DNA of 64,000 nt, from NCBI RefSeq assembly GCF_035594765.1, contig NW_026943821.1, positions 22,625,791 through 22,689,790 of the forward strand, given 5' to 3'. The notes beneath the pieces are model-generated. The model was given only the letters and a program-made list of their open reading frames with translations. It did no database searches and was not told the origin of the DNA. Origin of the DNA: Anolis carolinensis. Its lineage: Eukaryota. Every line of letters starts with the position of its first letter. Within the stretch, counting starts at the first letter, position 1. This document shows positions 41,879-54,734 of the stretch, in pieces. The position numbers and the translations under genes were made by a program.

Positions 41879-44800
41879 ATGGTGGTGGCGAATCGGGCCA
41901 TTCCGAGGCTGGTGGCGTCGCTGAGGCCGGTGAGGGTCTAATTTAGTCAATTTAGTACCAAAAACGTATATATACTCATACAGTAGAGTCTCACTTATCC
42001 AAGCCTCGCTTATCCAAGGTTCTGGATTATCCAAGCCATTTTTGTAGTCAATGTTTTCAATATATCATGATATTTTGGTGCTAAATTCGTAAATACCGTA
42101 ATTACTACAAAGCGTTACTGCGTATTAAACTACTTTTTCTGTCAAATTTGTTGTCTAACATGTTTTGTTGCTTAATTTGTAAAATCATAACCTAATTTGA
42201 TGTTTAATAGGCTTTTCCTGAATGCCTCCTTATTATCCAACATATCCACTTATCCAAGGTTCTGCCGGCCCGTTTATGTTGGATAAGTGAGACTCGACTG
42301 TATATATATGTGTGTGTGTGTGTTATATGCCAAGCATAGGCCAACTTGGGCCCTCCAGGTGTTTTGGACTTCAATTCCCACATACAGTAGAGTCTCACTT
42401 ATCCAACGTAAACGGGCCGGCAGAACGTTGGATAAGTGAATATGTTGGATAATAAGGAGGGATTAAGAAAAAGCCTATTAAACATCAAATTAGGTTATGA
42501 TTTTACAAATTGAGCACCAAAACATCATGTTATACAACAAATTTGACAGAAAAAGTAGTTCAATACACAGTAATGCTATGTAGTAATTACTGTATTTACA
42601 AATTTAGCACCAAAATATCACGATGTATTGAAAACATTGACTACAAAAATGGGTTGGATAATCCAGAACCTTGGATAAGCGAGTATTGGATAAGTGAGAC
42701 TCTACTGTAATGTGCATAATACAGCATGGCTTGTAGAATTTTCTTGATCCAGTCATCTTCAAGGTATAAAAAACCACATTACTGAGAATGAGATTTCTCA
42801 TTTGTCCAGATCAGTATTGTTGATATGGAGTATTTTGTTATTATTTCTTAAGCCTGTAGTTAATTGATTGATTTGTATGTTTAGTGTACTTACGCTCATT
42901 ATAGTACTATGTTTTGTTGTTGTATGGTTTTAAATTTTTGCATGTTTTCCTTGCTATGTTGGAAACCACCCTGAGTCCCTTGAGGAAATAGGGCAGTATA
43001 TAAATAAAATTGTTATTGTGTTGTTATTACTGTATTATTATTGTAGGAGCCCCCAGTGGCACAGCGTATTAAAGCGCTGAGCTGCTGAACTTGCGGACCA
43101 AAAGGTTTGTAGTTCAAATCCGGGGAGCGGAGTGAGCACCTGCTGTTAGCCCCAGCTTCTGCCAACCTAGCAGTTGGAAAACATGCAAATGTGAGTAGAT
43201 CAATAGGTACCACTCTGGCAGGAAGGTAATGGCACTCCACGCAGTCATGCCAGCCACATGACCTAGGAGGTGTCTATGGACAGTGCCGGCTCTTTGGCTT
43301 AGAAATGGAGATGAGCACCAACCCCCAGAGTCGGACACGACTGGACTTAACGTCAGGGGAAACCTTTACCTTTTACCTATGGTTTCCTTGCTCTGTTGGA
43401 AACTGCCCTGAGTCCCTTGAGGAGATAGGGCAGTATATAAATAAAGTTTTATTGTTGTTGTTGTTGTTGTTGTTGGTATTATTATGTTGACGCATTCTGT
43501 TAGCAGCTCTCCAAAATTTTAGATGACTCTTTTTGGTTCTGAAGATGCATCGATATTGTCGAATGTGCCAGTTTAGAATTATTCTTTTCTTCCTTTTGCC
43601 ATGGTCAGGCATGCTTCCTGATAAAGAAGACGTCAAAAAGGTCTTTATTTACTTGGTTCTGATCATTTATAAACTTCTGTTCCCTATATAGCTCAGCACA
43701 GCGGCAGCTACTTCCCTCCCAAAACATGTGAAAATCGTTGAAGTCGGCCCGCGAGACGGGCTGCAGAACGAAAAGGTAAGAGGAATTCTGTTGAATGTCC
43801 TTTGTAACAGAAACCTGGTGTATATTTTAATACTTTTGTGCCTCTGGTTCAAAGAAAACCGCCATGATTTAGTGGTTTTGGTGTTAAACTATACCTCTGG
43901 AGGTGAGGGGTTGAGTCCCTATTTGGCTCTGGGAACCCACTGGGTGACGTTGGACAGGTCACACACTCTCGGCCTCAGAGGAAGGAGGCAAAAGCAAGTC
44001 CTTCTGAAGAAAGCTCTGTGATAGGTTTGCCTTAGGATCAACATAAATTAGAAATGAGGCATGCAAGTACATCTTTGGTTCAAAGGCATGCAAGTACATC
44101 TTTGGTTCAACACAGATTATTTTAATAGAAGTTCAATACCAGTAAACATGGATTAACCTTTTCCTTCTATTTGTTGGCTAATGTTTTCAAAGTCCTGCGG
44201 CTTTTACCTTTTCCCTATATTTATTTGGCTGAGCTTTGAAAACCCCTTGGGCTTCTTGTTCAGAGGAAGACCCACAGGTTCTGATGTCTTTGCTACCTTT
44301 GTCACCCAAGAAAGGACAGAGGGAAGGTCTGTTGTAAACAGGCAGAATTGCAGCCAGGTTGCCTAAGATGGACTTGGATGTTGACTCATTGCAAAGCCCT
44401 GGGAAGTTGCAAAAGATGTGACAACCTTTGCCCTTGGCTGGCTTTCAAAACTCATGATTGTTTATACACTAATCATTTAGTATCATTAGTTTTCCTTGTC
44501 TTGAAGATAAGACAGTTAGAATGTAAAATTATATTTATCATGTTATATTATTATTGTGCTATATTGTATTATTGTGTTTTTAATTTGTTTATTTTATCTG
44601 TTTTAATTTTGTTTATGTTTCTGTTCTTTGGGCATGGCCCCATGTTAGCCGCCCCAAGTCCCTTCAGTGAGATGGAGGCGGGATAGAAAAATAAAGTATT
44701 ATTATTATAAAAGTGAAAGAAATGGGATCTGAATTCTGTTAATTATTATTTTTTCTTTTTTTTATTAGAAGAGCATCTATGACTTACCTCTTGCTCTCTT

Positions 44801-47800
44801 CTTTGTGCTAAGAGTCACTTTTTGACCATTAGTTCATGCTCCTCAATCTCCCAAATACAGCGACTGCCCTTAACCTTTGTCGCTCTACCATTGAAAAGAA
44901 TTTAATTGGAAAGTTGAAAGTCAAAACATCTGTTATATAAATATATCAGTGGATTTGTTTCCTTCTCTTTCTCTCTCTCTCTTTGTAGAATATCGTCCCC
45001 ACCCAGGTGAAAATCGACTTCATTAACCGGCTGTCAGAAACAGGTCTTTCGGTCATAGAAGCCACCAGTTTTGTCTCTCCCAAATGGGTCCCACAGGTCA
45101 GTCCAGATGTTCCTGGAAGTGTTTCAACAACAGAGGCTGTATAGCCATCTGTCAGGAGGGCTTGGGTTGTGCCTTCCTGCCTGGCATAATAGGGTTGGAC
45201 TGGATAGCCCTTGGGGTCTCTTCCAACTCTAGAATTCTGTGATTCCTTGTTCAACAAACATGTTGAAAGTTTGGCCCTGGAGCCACACGCCTGCTTTGTG
45301 TATTTTAATATATGTATTTCATAGAATTACATTTTAATATATGTATTTTTCATAATGTTTTATGATGATGTGATTTGACTATGTTGTGCTCTGCCTAGGG
45401 GAGAGAAATAAAATTATCATCACAATCATCATCATATGGCTCCTAGTTGTTTATATGACCGGTATCAAACATTCCCTAAGCCGAAAAAGGGGTGAATTGT
45501 CTCTTGTGGGCATGAGGGTTCAATATAGGTTATGGGGCCACTTGTTTTTCTTGATACATTTTCTTTACTAATTTTAATGCAACCAATCTAATTTAAAATC
45601 AAAGTAATAAGCATTCAAAGAAACAAAACGAAAAAGGAAAAAGATTAAACCATTTGGAGAGGAGGAGGGCTTTCCTTGACTTTAAAGGTTTAGAATCTTA
45701 TCTCATTTGTTGTTCTGCGTCCTAGATGGCCGACCATGCCGAAGTCATGCAAGGCATCCAGAAGGTCCCTGGCATCAGCTATCCAGTTCTGACCCCAAAC
45801 CTCAAGGGCTTCCAAGCAGCGGTAAGAGAAGCCTTGTGGGGCTTGGGGAGGATTGTTTGTTTAAAATGTAAACTTAAGTGTATGAGTATTTTTATTGTAT
45901 CCTATATCCACGAGACAAATATTGCCCGTGTTTTTACATTAATTGGGTTGTGTCCATGTTATTGTGAGCCACCTTGAGTCCCCATGGGGAGAAAAGCGGG
46001 GAAGAAATAATACAGTTAATAAATAATAATGATAAAACAAATAAGATTCGGGGCAGAAGTTCTGAGTTTGTTGCTGTTAAAGTTTTGAAGGGGTAAACAT
46101 ATAAGCAGGAGTCATTTTTCACCATGCTTTGGGGGTATTTTAGGCCCAAGAGAGGTCTTTTGGGGGGCATTTTACCACTCAGGCCATTGAGGACATTTTG
46201 CCCACCTCAGGTTTAGAAGGACAAGCCGCTCCTGCTCTTTGCAGATGTTTTCCTCTGTAGTCCCTCTCAAAATATACCTTTCCCTGAATTGGCAGGTAGC
46301 GGCTGGAGCCAAGGAGGTGTCCATCTTTGGCGCTGCATCAGAACTTTTCACGAAGAAGAACATCAACTGCTCCATAGATGAAAGTTTGGAGAGGTTTAGC
46401 GACGTCTTGCGGGCTGCAAAAGAAGCCAACATCCCTGTCCGAGGGTAAGCCTTAAAATGATGTATTAATTTGGCGACAAGCAGGCAAATTAACACCGTAG
46501 TAATAGGAACTTAGTTAGGAGAAAGCCAGTAGGTTTGAAGGAAAAATAGATATGTAGTAAAGCTTGTTCCCTTTACTTGCAGGTACGTCTCCTGCGTCCT
46601 TGGCTGTCCGTATGAAGGGAAGATTGCTCCCGCTAAAGTGGCCGAGGTGAGCTCCTGTGTATAATCGGGAAATTATTTTGCAATGTCTAGTATGTGCCTA
46701 ATGCAACTCTGAATGCCTGTGTACCTGTGAAACAGCCAAAAGCATTTCAGGGTTTGCAAAAACATCAAATGAACACCCAAAATGAATTCTTGGCATGCAT
46801 CTCCTCCTTGTAGAGGTCTTTCAATTCTGAAATGCTTTTCTCTAATTCTTCTGTTCTCTGCGGCAGGTGTCAAAGAAAATGTACGCAATGGGATGCTATG
46901 AGATTTCTCTCGGCGATACCATTGGTGTTGGGACTCCTGGCAACATGAGGGAGATGCTTTCTGCCGTCATGAAAGAGGTGCCCATCGGGGCCCTTGCCGT
47001 CCACTGTCATGATACGTACGGGCAGGCGCTTGCCAACACGCTGGTAGCCCTTCAGGTATGTTTCCTGGCCACCCATGTGTTTCTGGAACTTCAGAGTTTG
47101 CATGCTTTCTGTGCGCTTATGTATCTTAATATGTGATCAAATTAAGGCTTGCTTTTTGGATTTTGTCATGGTTTGTCCTGTAACCAAACCACAGCAGAGC
47201 TCGATGGTGCACCCTATTCAGTTTGATGCAGGGGTTCACTGAGATGTGAAAATTATTTCTAGGATAAATAAGGTTGCAAAGGGCTGGACTGGGGAATAGC
47301 ATGGCATGCATTTCTGAGCCGGGTTTGCTTCCGTCCCCAGATGGGCGTCAGTGTGGTCGATTCCTCTGTCGCGGGCCTCGGGGGCTGCCCTTATGCCCAG
47401 GGCGCATCTGGGAACGTGGCCACTGAAGACATGGTCTACATGCTCCACGGCCTTGGCATTCACACAGTAAGTAGCGAGACAGCAGATTCATATATTACAT
47501 GAGTTCATTGAATGTGGTTTTGTTGATTAGCAAACAGCTTTAAGGAAAATTCTAGGAAACCTATCAAATGCTTAGAGAAGTGCTCTCTCTACGTTGCTTT
47601 GCGTCTCGTTTGGAAGAGAAGAAGTTGGTTATACATGCATTTCAGAAGTAAGAAGTAACAGTAGCAGCAGTAGTAATACCACTAGTAATAGCACCAGTAG
47701 TAGCAGCAGCAACAGTAGTAATACCACTAGTAGTAGTGCCAGTAGCAGCAGTATCACCTGTAGTAATACCGCTAGTAGTAGCACCAGTAGTAGCAGTAAT

Positions 47801-49367
47801 AGTAACACCAGTAATAATACCAATAGAAATAGCACCAGTAGTAGCAGCAACAGTAGTAATACCACTAGTAGTAGCGCCAGTAGCAGCAGTATCACCTGTA
47901 GTAATACCGCTAGTAGTAGCACCAGTAGTAGCAGTAATAGTAACACCAGTAATAATACCAATAGTAATAGCACCAGTAGTAGTAGCAGCAACAGTAGTAA
48001 TACCACTAGTAGTAGCGCCAGTAGCAGCAGTATCACCTGTAGTAATACCGCTAGTAGTAGCACCAGTAGTAGCAGTAATAGTAACACCAGTAATAATACC
48101 AATAGTAATAGCACCAGTAGTAGCAGCAGCAACAGTGGTAATACCACTAGTAGTAGCGCCAGTAGCAGCAGTATCACCTGTAGTAATACCGCTAGTAGTA
48201 GCGCCAGTAGTAGCAGTAATAGTAACACCAGTAATAATACCAATAGTAATAGCACCAGTAGTAGCAGCAGCAACAGTGGTAATACCACTAGTAGTAGCGC
48301 CAGTAGCAGCAGTATCACCTGTAGTAATACTGCCAGTAGTAGCAGTAATAGTAACACCAGTAATAATACCAATAGTAGTAGCACCAGTAGTGAAACAACT
48401 ACTAGTAGCAGTAGTAGTAGCACCAGTAGTGATACCACTAGTAAAGCTTTTTTTAACGCTTTTATAATTTTATGTTGTTTTAAACTGCTGTTTGATTATT
48501 CTGTTTTATGTAATGATGTATGTGTTTTAAATTGACTACTTTATGATGTTATGATGTCGATTGGGCTCGTTCCCATGTAAGCTGCTCTGGGGAGATAGAG
48601 GCGTCATACAAAAATAAAGTTGTTATTATTATTATTATTGCCGGAAAGCTTTGCCATTTGATAAATAAATGCTGCGCTAAAGCGACAGCTTGACAGAAGG
48701 GAGGTTTTGGTTCTTGATCTGATAATACATCAGGATAAAAATCAAATCTCACAAATGTGTGCCCTCCCTGGTCAGACCCAGTGGTTTAAAATGTCATTTC
48801 ATTGGCTAAATCAGCCACATGTGGGCATGGCGGATATGTGTTTTACTTGTCCAGTGTCCTACTTTCTTGGATGGTCAAAGGGACTCATCACGTAATGGAT
48901 CCTCCATCTCAAGAATACTTTCATGTTGAATAGATAGGGAACTCTTTCATATGGGTAGATTATGGGCTTTGCATGTAGCAGAGTGAAGGGCCAGTATTTC
49001 AAAAAATATAGGGGAATATGAGGTCTCTCGATCGGAAAGGCCACTTTCTGGATCCTAAAAATCCAAATCCTCCAACTTTAATGTACGCTGGCCATGCAGA
49101 CTGAGAGATTATTAAGAGAAATATAATCCAAAAACACATTTTCCAAGTTCAGACGTGGGAGAAGCAAAACGGGCTCCATGAACCTGAAGTTTGACCTTAA
49201 ATTAAATTGCAAATTAAGCAGCCACGTCCTCAGTGAATCATTTCCTTCCTTTTTTCCTTGTGAAGGGCGTGGATCTCTCCAAGCTCCTTGAAGCCGGCGC
49301 CTTTATCTGTAAAGCCCTGAACCGGAGGACGAACTCCAAAGTGGCCCAGGCCTCCTGCAAACTCTGA
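41879..49367 (+). CDS. HMGCL: 3-hydroxy-3-methylglutaryl-CoA lyase, 322 aa, 9 exons
   Basis: Exons 41879-41929, 43692-43775, 44989-45096, 45726-45821, 46296-46444, 46583-46646, 46867-47055, 47341-47466, 49266-49367 (969 nt). Arg-rich mitochondrial leader, [29 protein letters not shown] (catalytic Cys) and C-terminal CKL PTS1. Confidence 0.96.
43046..43378 (+). mobile_element. Sauria SINE with ACCTTT tail
   Basis: Full-length copy ending GAAACCTTTACCTTTTACC. Confidence 0.8.
45135..45246 (+). mobile_element. CR1 LINE 3' end
   Basis: GGGTTGGACTGGATAGCCCTTGGGGTCTCTTCCAACTCTAGAATTCTGTGATTC, the CR1 hairpin plus ATTCTRTG tail; a similar piece lies at about 51545-51650. Confidence 0.65.
47650..48442. 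repeat. (AGT/AGC/AAT)-derived compound minisatellite, 141-bp higher-order unit x about 5.5, in HMGCL intron 8
   Basis: ATCACCTG marker recurs at 47753, 47891, 48032, 48173, 48314 (spacing 138,141,141,141). Confidence 0.9.
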
Positions 49368-49937
49368 ATCAGCTCCGTGCCTTCATCGGACTTTGCGGAA
49401 GCAGAACCAAGGCACTCTGGAAGCAGCCCGGTTTGTGCTCCGTTCGCACCCGACTTTATTTAAAGCACTCATTTGGTGTCCGCACTTGGAGGTGAAAGGA
49501 AGACGGGAAACCCTATCTCACTGTGAAAAGAGAGACTGGGCCTCTTGGAAGAGGGCTCTTCCTTTCCTGGTGGTGGCAGCTTTGCTCCTGAGCATCATGG
49601 GCTTTGTTTGGGGGAAGAACAAGACGTGCCCCTGTAACCCCGATTTGGTGAAATTCAAAGGGCTAATCTTGGGTTTAATCCAAATCCATGGCTTCCTAAA
49701 GTGACCTGCTCTTAAGACAGCCTTCCCTCATTCTGCCTGGGAGAAAAGTTTGGGATGCCAATATCTATATCTGTCTTCTATAATAAAAGTGAAAATATGT
49801 TTGTATGTATCTATGTTTGTATGTGTTTTCCAGTGTAAACACACCGGCAATGTATCAGGACCACACTTGGCATAAATATCCACCATGACCAACTTAAAAT
49901 ACTACTACTACTAATAATAATAATAGTCCAGCATATA

Positions 49938-49993
49938 CAGGGTGTTTGAAAAAGAACTCCCTAGTTTTAATGTAAATGACATTAAATTAAATT

Positions 49994-50037
<44 letters not shown>

Positions 50038-50247
50038 GATACAAAGACAGAGTATGACACAGCAAATGAGCAGGGTGTTTGAAAAAGAACTCACTAGTTT
50101 TAATGTAAATTACATTAAATTAAATTGTATTATTATTATTATTATTATTATTATTGATACAAAGACAGTATGACACAGCAAATGAGATATGCAGGGTGTT
50201 TGAAAAAGAACTCCCTAGTTTTAATGTAAATTACATTAAATTAAATT

Positions 50248-50279
<32 letters not shown>

Positions 50280-50545
50280 GATACAAAGACAGTATGACAC
50301 AGCAAATGAGATATGCAGGGTGTTTGAAAAAGAACTCCCTAGTTTTAATGTAAATTAAATTAAATTGTATTATTATTATTATTGATACAAAGACAGTATG
50401 ACACAGCAAATGAGCAGGGTGTTTGAAAAAGAACTCACTAGTTTTAATGTAAATTACATTAAAACTAGGGAGTTCTTTTTCAAACACGCTGCTTCATTTG
50501 CTGTGTCATACTCTGTCTTTGTATCAATAATAATAATAATAATAA
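49938..50545. repeat. Tandem composite repeat (~110-130 bp x 4-5) ending in a palindromic mini-MITE
   Basis: Repeated CAGGGTGTTTGAAAAAGAACTC(C/A)CTAGTTTTAATGTAAATTACATTAAA-(TAT)n-GATACAAAGACAGTATGACACAGCAAATGAG; full hairpin at about 50415-50490. Confidence 0.75.
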
Positions 50546-50581
50546 TTCTCAACACTTCCCAAGTATCTAGGACTGTGTGAT

Positions 50582-50637
<56 letters not shown>

Positions 50638-51654
50638 TTATTACGAAATCCAGCATATCTATTTTGTTTGCTGTGTCATAATAAAATAATAATAATAATA
50701 ATAATAATAATACATCACACAGTCCTAGACACTTGGGAAGTGTTCGATTTGTGATTTTGTGATACGAAATCCAGCATATCTATCTTGTTTGCTGTGTCAT
50801 ACAATATAATAATAATAATAATTTTATGTATACAGCTCACCCCAATCCCAACAAAGCAGCAACCCTATAAACAAGAGAAGTCCAGAAATATAATAATAAT
50901 AATAGTCCAGCATATACAGGGTGCTTGAATTGACTTTGGATAATGGGAGTTGTAGTTCACCCGCATCCAGATAACTTTGTGAATCCCACTATGATGGATC
51001 TGGACCAGACGACCAATTCTCTCACACCAGAAGCGACTTGCAGTTTCTCAAGTCGCCCTGACAAGAAAAAAAAAATGAATCTGGACCAAACTTGGCACAA
51101 ATAGCCCCTATGATCAACTTAAAAAACTGGCAGGGTTTGGGGAATATAAACCCAGGATGATGGGAGTTATAGTTCACCTTGCATCCAAAGAACATTGTGA
51201 ACCCCACCACCGATGGATCTGGACCACACTTGGCAAACATAGCCAGCATGACCAACTTTAAGTACTGGCAGAGTTTGGAGGGGGGGCGATAACATGATGG
51301 GAGTTGCAGTCCGCCCACATGCAAAAAGGCCTGTGAAGCCAGATCCATACTAAACAATGACTTTTTCTAATATTTATCTTTACAAAAGACCTAACCTGAG
51401 TACCGAAGCTAATCTATACACATAATAAAAATATGTACGTTATGTGTGTGTATATCTCATTCACTGTGTCATACTCTGTCTTTGTGTCAATAATAATAAT
51501 AATGAGGAGGAGGATGACGTCTCTTCTTCTGGAATTTTATTTAAGCAGAGGCTGGATGGCCATCTGTCGGGAAGGCTTCGGTTGTGTCCTCCCGCCTGGC
51601 AGAATAGGGTTGGACTGGATGACCTTTGGGTGTCTCTTCCAACTCCTTAAGATT

Positions 51655-51765
51655 TTACAAAAGGAAATGAAAGTGCTTAGAGTTCCCATTTGCCCTTCCC
51701 AGTCTGCCAGCTCTTTATCCTCAGCCTGTGACTCAGAAAAAGAGTCCTGTCCCTTTAAATCTGGG
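51655..51765 (+). promoter_or_regulatory. Candidate interferon-responsive promoter of the ISG12-family gene
   Basis: ISRE/IRF-like GGAAATGAAAGT 51663-51674, AP-1 TGACTCA 51729-51735, TATA-like TTTAAAT 51754-51760, upstream of ATG 51833. Confidence 0.5.
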
Positions 51766-51832
51766 CTTCTTCCTCCTCCTGCTCCTTTTTCCTTAAAGGT
51801 GCCAGTTTGCAAAAAGCCAGCTGCAACCACTA

Positions 51833-52519
51833 ATGGCAGGACCCCCCAAGAAAGAAGCAGAGATGCCCTCAAAGGCCAATGGAAACCCTGGTAAGACAAT
51901 CCCAACAGAAAAAAAAGGGGGGGGGGGGCTTTAAAGGTAGGAAACCCAAGCTCTTTGGAACTTTTGTTTCAACTGAGTTTGGTCTCTCTTCTCCAAAATG
52001 CTTATAGCAGGCGTGGGCAAACTTGGGTCCTTCCTTTTAGGGCAGTGATTGGCAACCTTTTGCGCTTGGTGTGTCAAAATTCACCAAAAAACCTAGCATG
52101 ACTTGGGTGGTGTGTCAGTTCGAGGGGGAAAAAAACATAATTTCGCAATATGTATAGTTTAAATAACAAATATATATAATTGTAATATATAACTGTATTT
52201 AATAAATCAAAAACTATTTACTACCCTTATTTCCATGTACAACAATCTATGGGACCTCTTGCAGTTTCCACACTGATTTCTCTCTATTCTAGTTTCAATG
52301 TAGTCATGAATAATGAATAATATAAAAATAATATAATAGTAATAATATGGTAATATACTACAATAATAATAGAATACATATACAGTAGAGCAGGGGTCCC
52401 CAAACTAAGGCCCGGGGGCCACATGCGGCCCATCGAAGCCATTTATCCGGCCCCCCACGGCACAAAGGCAGAAGGGGGTTGGGCTAAATGACCCAAGGGT
52501 TCTCTTCTTCTCTTCCAAC

Positions 52520-52571
<52 letters not shown>

Positions 52572-52685
52572 TATTAACATTGAGACTGGGAGGCCATCTG
52601 TCAGGGGTGCTTTGCTTGTGCTTTTGGTGCCCAAAAGCAGAAGGGGATTGGACTCAATGGCCCAAAGGGTCTCTTCCAACCCTCA

Positions 52686-52759
<74 letters not shown>

Positions 52760-53545
52760 GCTTGGTGGCCAACTATAGTCCGGCCCTCCAACAGTCCGAA
52801 GGATTGTGAATTGGCCCCCAGTTTAAAAAGTTTGGGGACCCCTGCAGTAGAGTCTCACTTATCCAACACTCGCTTATCCAACGTTCTGGATTATCCAACG
52901 CATTTTTGTAGTCAATGTTTTCAATACATCGTGATATTTTGGTGCTAAATTCGTAAATACAGTAATTACTACATAGCATTACTGTGTATTGAACTACTTT
53001 TTCTGTCAAATTTGTTGTATAACATGATGTTTTGGTGCTTAATTTGTAAAATCATAACCTAATTTGATGTTTAATAGGTGTTTCCTTAATCCCTCCTTAT
53101 TATCCAGCATATTCGTTTATCCAACGTTCTGCTGGCCTGTTTATGTTGGATAAGTGAGACTCTACTGTATAATAGTAATAATATGATAATATACTACAAT
53201 AATAATAGAATGTATATATATAAATAAAAGAGTCTCACTTATCCAAGCCTCGCTTCTCCAAGCTTCTGGATTATCCAAGCCATTTTTGTAGTCAATGTTT
53301 TCAATACATTGTGATATTTTGGTGCTAAATTTGTAAATACAGTAATTACTACACAGCATTACTGCGTATTGAACTACTTTTTCTGTCAAATTTGTTGTCT
53401 AACATGATGTTTTGGTGCTTAATTTGTAAAATCATAACCTAATTTGATGTTTAATAGGCTTTTTCTTAATCTCTCCTTATTATCCAACATATTCGCTTAT
53501 CCAACGTTCTGCCGGCCCGTTTATGTTGAATAAGTGAGACTCTAC

Positions 53546-53601
<56 letters not shown>

Positions 53602-54384
53602 TGCAATGTGCATAATTCCCATGGAGTAAACAACAAAACAACTGGACCTGGACCAAATCACACCAAATTTGGTCACAAAAGACATAGTCATCCAATCAAT
53701 CTGCATGCAGCAGCGTATCAGCAAAAATGATTAGGCGTGTCAGTGCTGACATGCGTGTCATAGGTTGGCCATCACTGTTTTAAGGTATTTATTATGGTCA
53801 GTTGTTTTATAAACCTCCACTGCCCCCAAGTATCTGAGGGGGAAAAGGAAAGGGCCTGAGGCTGTTAGGAATGATGGGAGTTGAAGTCCAAAACACCTGG
53901 AGAGAAGGCCCAAGTTGGCCCACACCTGCCTTATAGGCATAACCTGAAAGTCATTTTATACATAGGTAAAGGTAAAAGTTTTCCCATGACATTAAGTCCA
54001 GTCGTATCCGACTCTGGGGGTTGGTGCTCTTCTCCATTTCTAAGCCAAAGAGCCAACATTGTCCATAGACACTTCCTAGGTCATGTGGACACTGGCATGA
54101 CTGTATGGAATGCTGTTACCTTCCCGCCGGAGCAGTACCTATTGATCTACTCACATTTACATGTTTTCGAACTGCTAGGTTGGCAGAAGCTGGAGCTGAC
54201 AGCAGGAGCTCACTCCTCTTACCGGATTCGAACCGGCAACCATTTGGTCAGCAAGTTCAGCAGCTCAGCGGTTTAATCCGCTGCGCCACTGTGGGCTCCC
54301 TTTTATACATACTCCCTCTTAATACGAATTGTGTGCATCAAAGTGTGTGTGCCATCGGAAATAAAAGGTGCCACCATCTCAGCC

Positions 54385-54436
<52 letters not shown>

Positions 54437-54689
54437 TTATTATGACACAGCAAACAAGATAGATATGCTGGATTTCGTATCACAAAACCACAAGCCGAAC
54501 ACTTCCCAAGTGTCTAGGACTGTGTGATGTATTTTCGGATGATGCGTGCAGATCCCAGTAGGGTGGCCTTTTGCAGCTGGCAGATCGTAATTTTGTCAAT
54601 GTCAATTGTTTCCAAATGCCGGCTGAGATCTTTTGGCACTGCACCCAGTGTGCCCATCACCACCGGGACCACCTGCACTGGTTTCAAAG

Positions 54690-54734
<45 letters not shown>

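Noticed and set aside
47594-48535. Long Ser-rich (313 aa), Val-rich (243 aa) and antisense Leu-rich (269 aa) ORFs
   Set aside because: Products of a trinucleotide-based minisatellite in HMGCL intron 8; no credible ATG context or splice signals.
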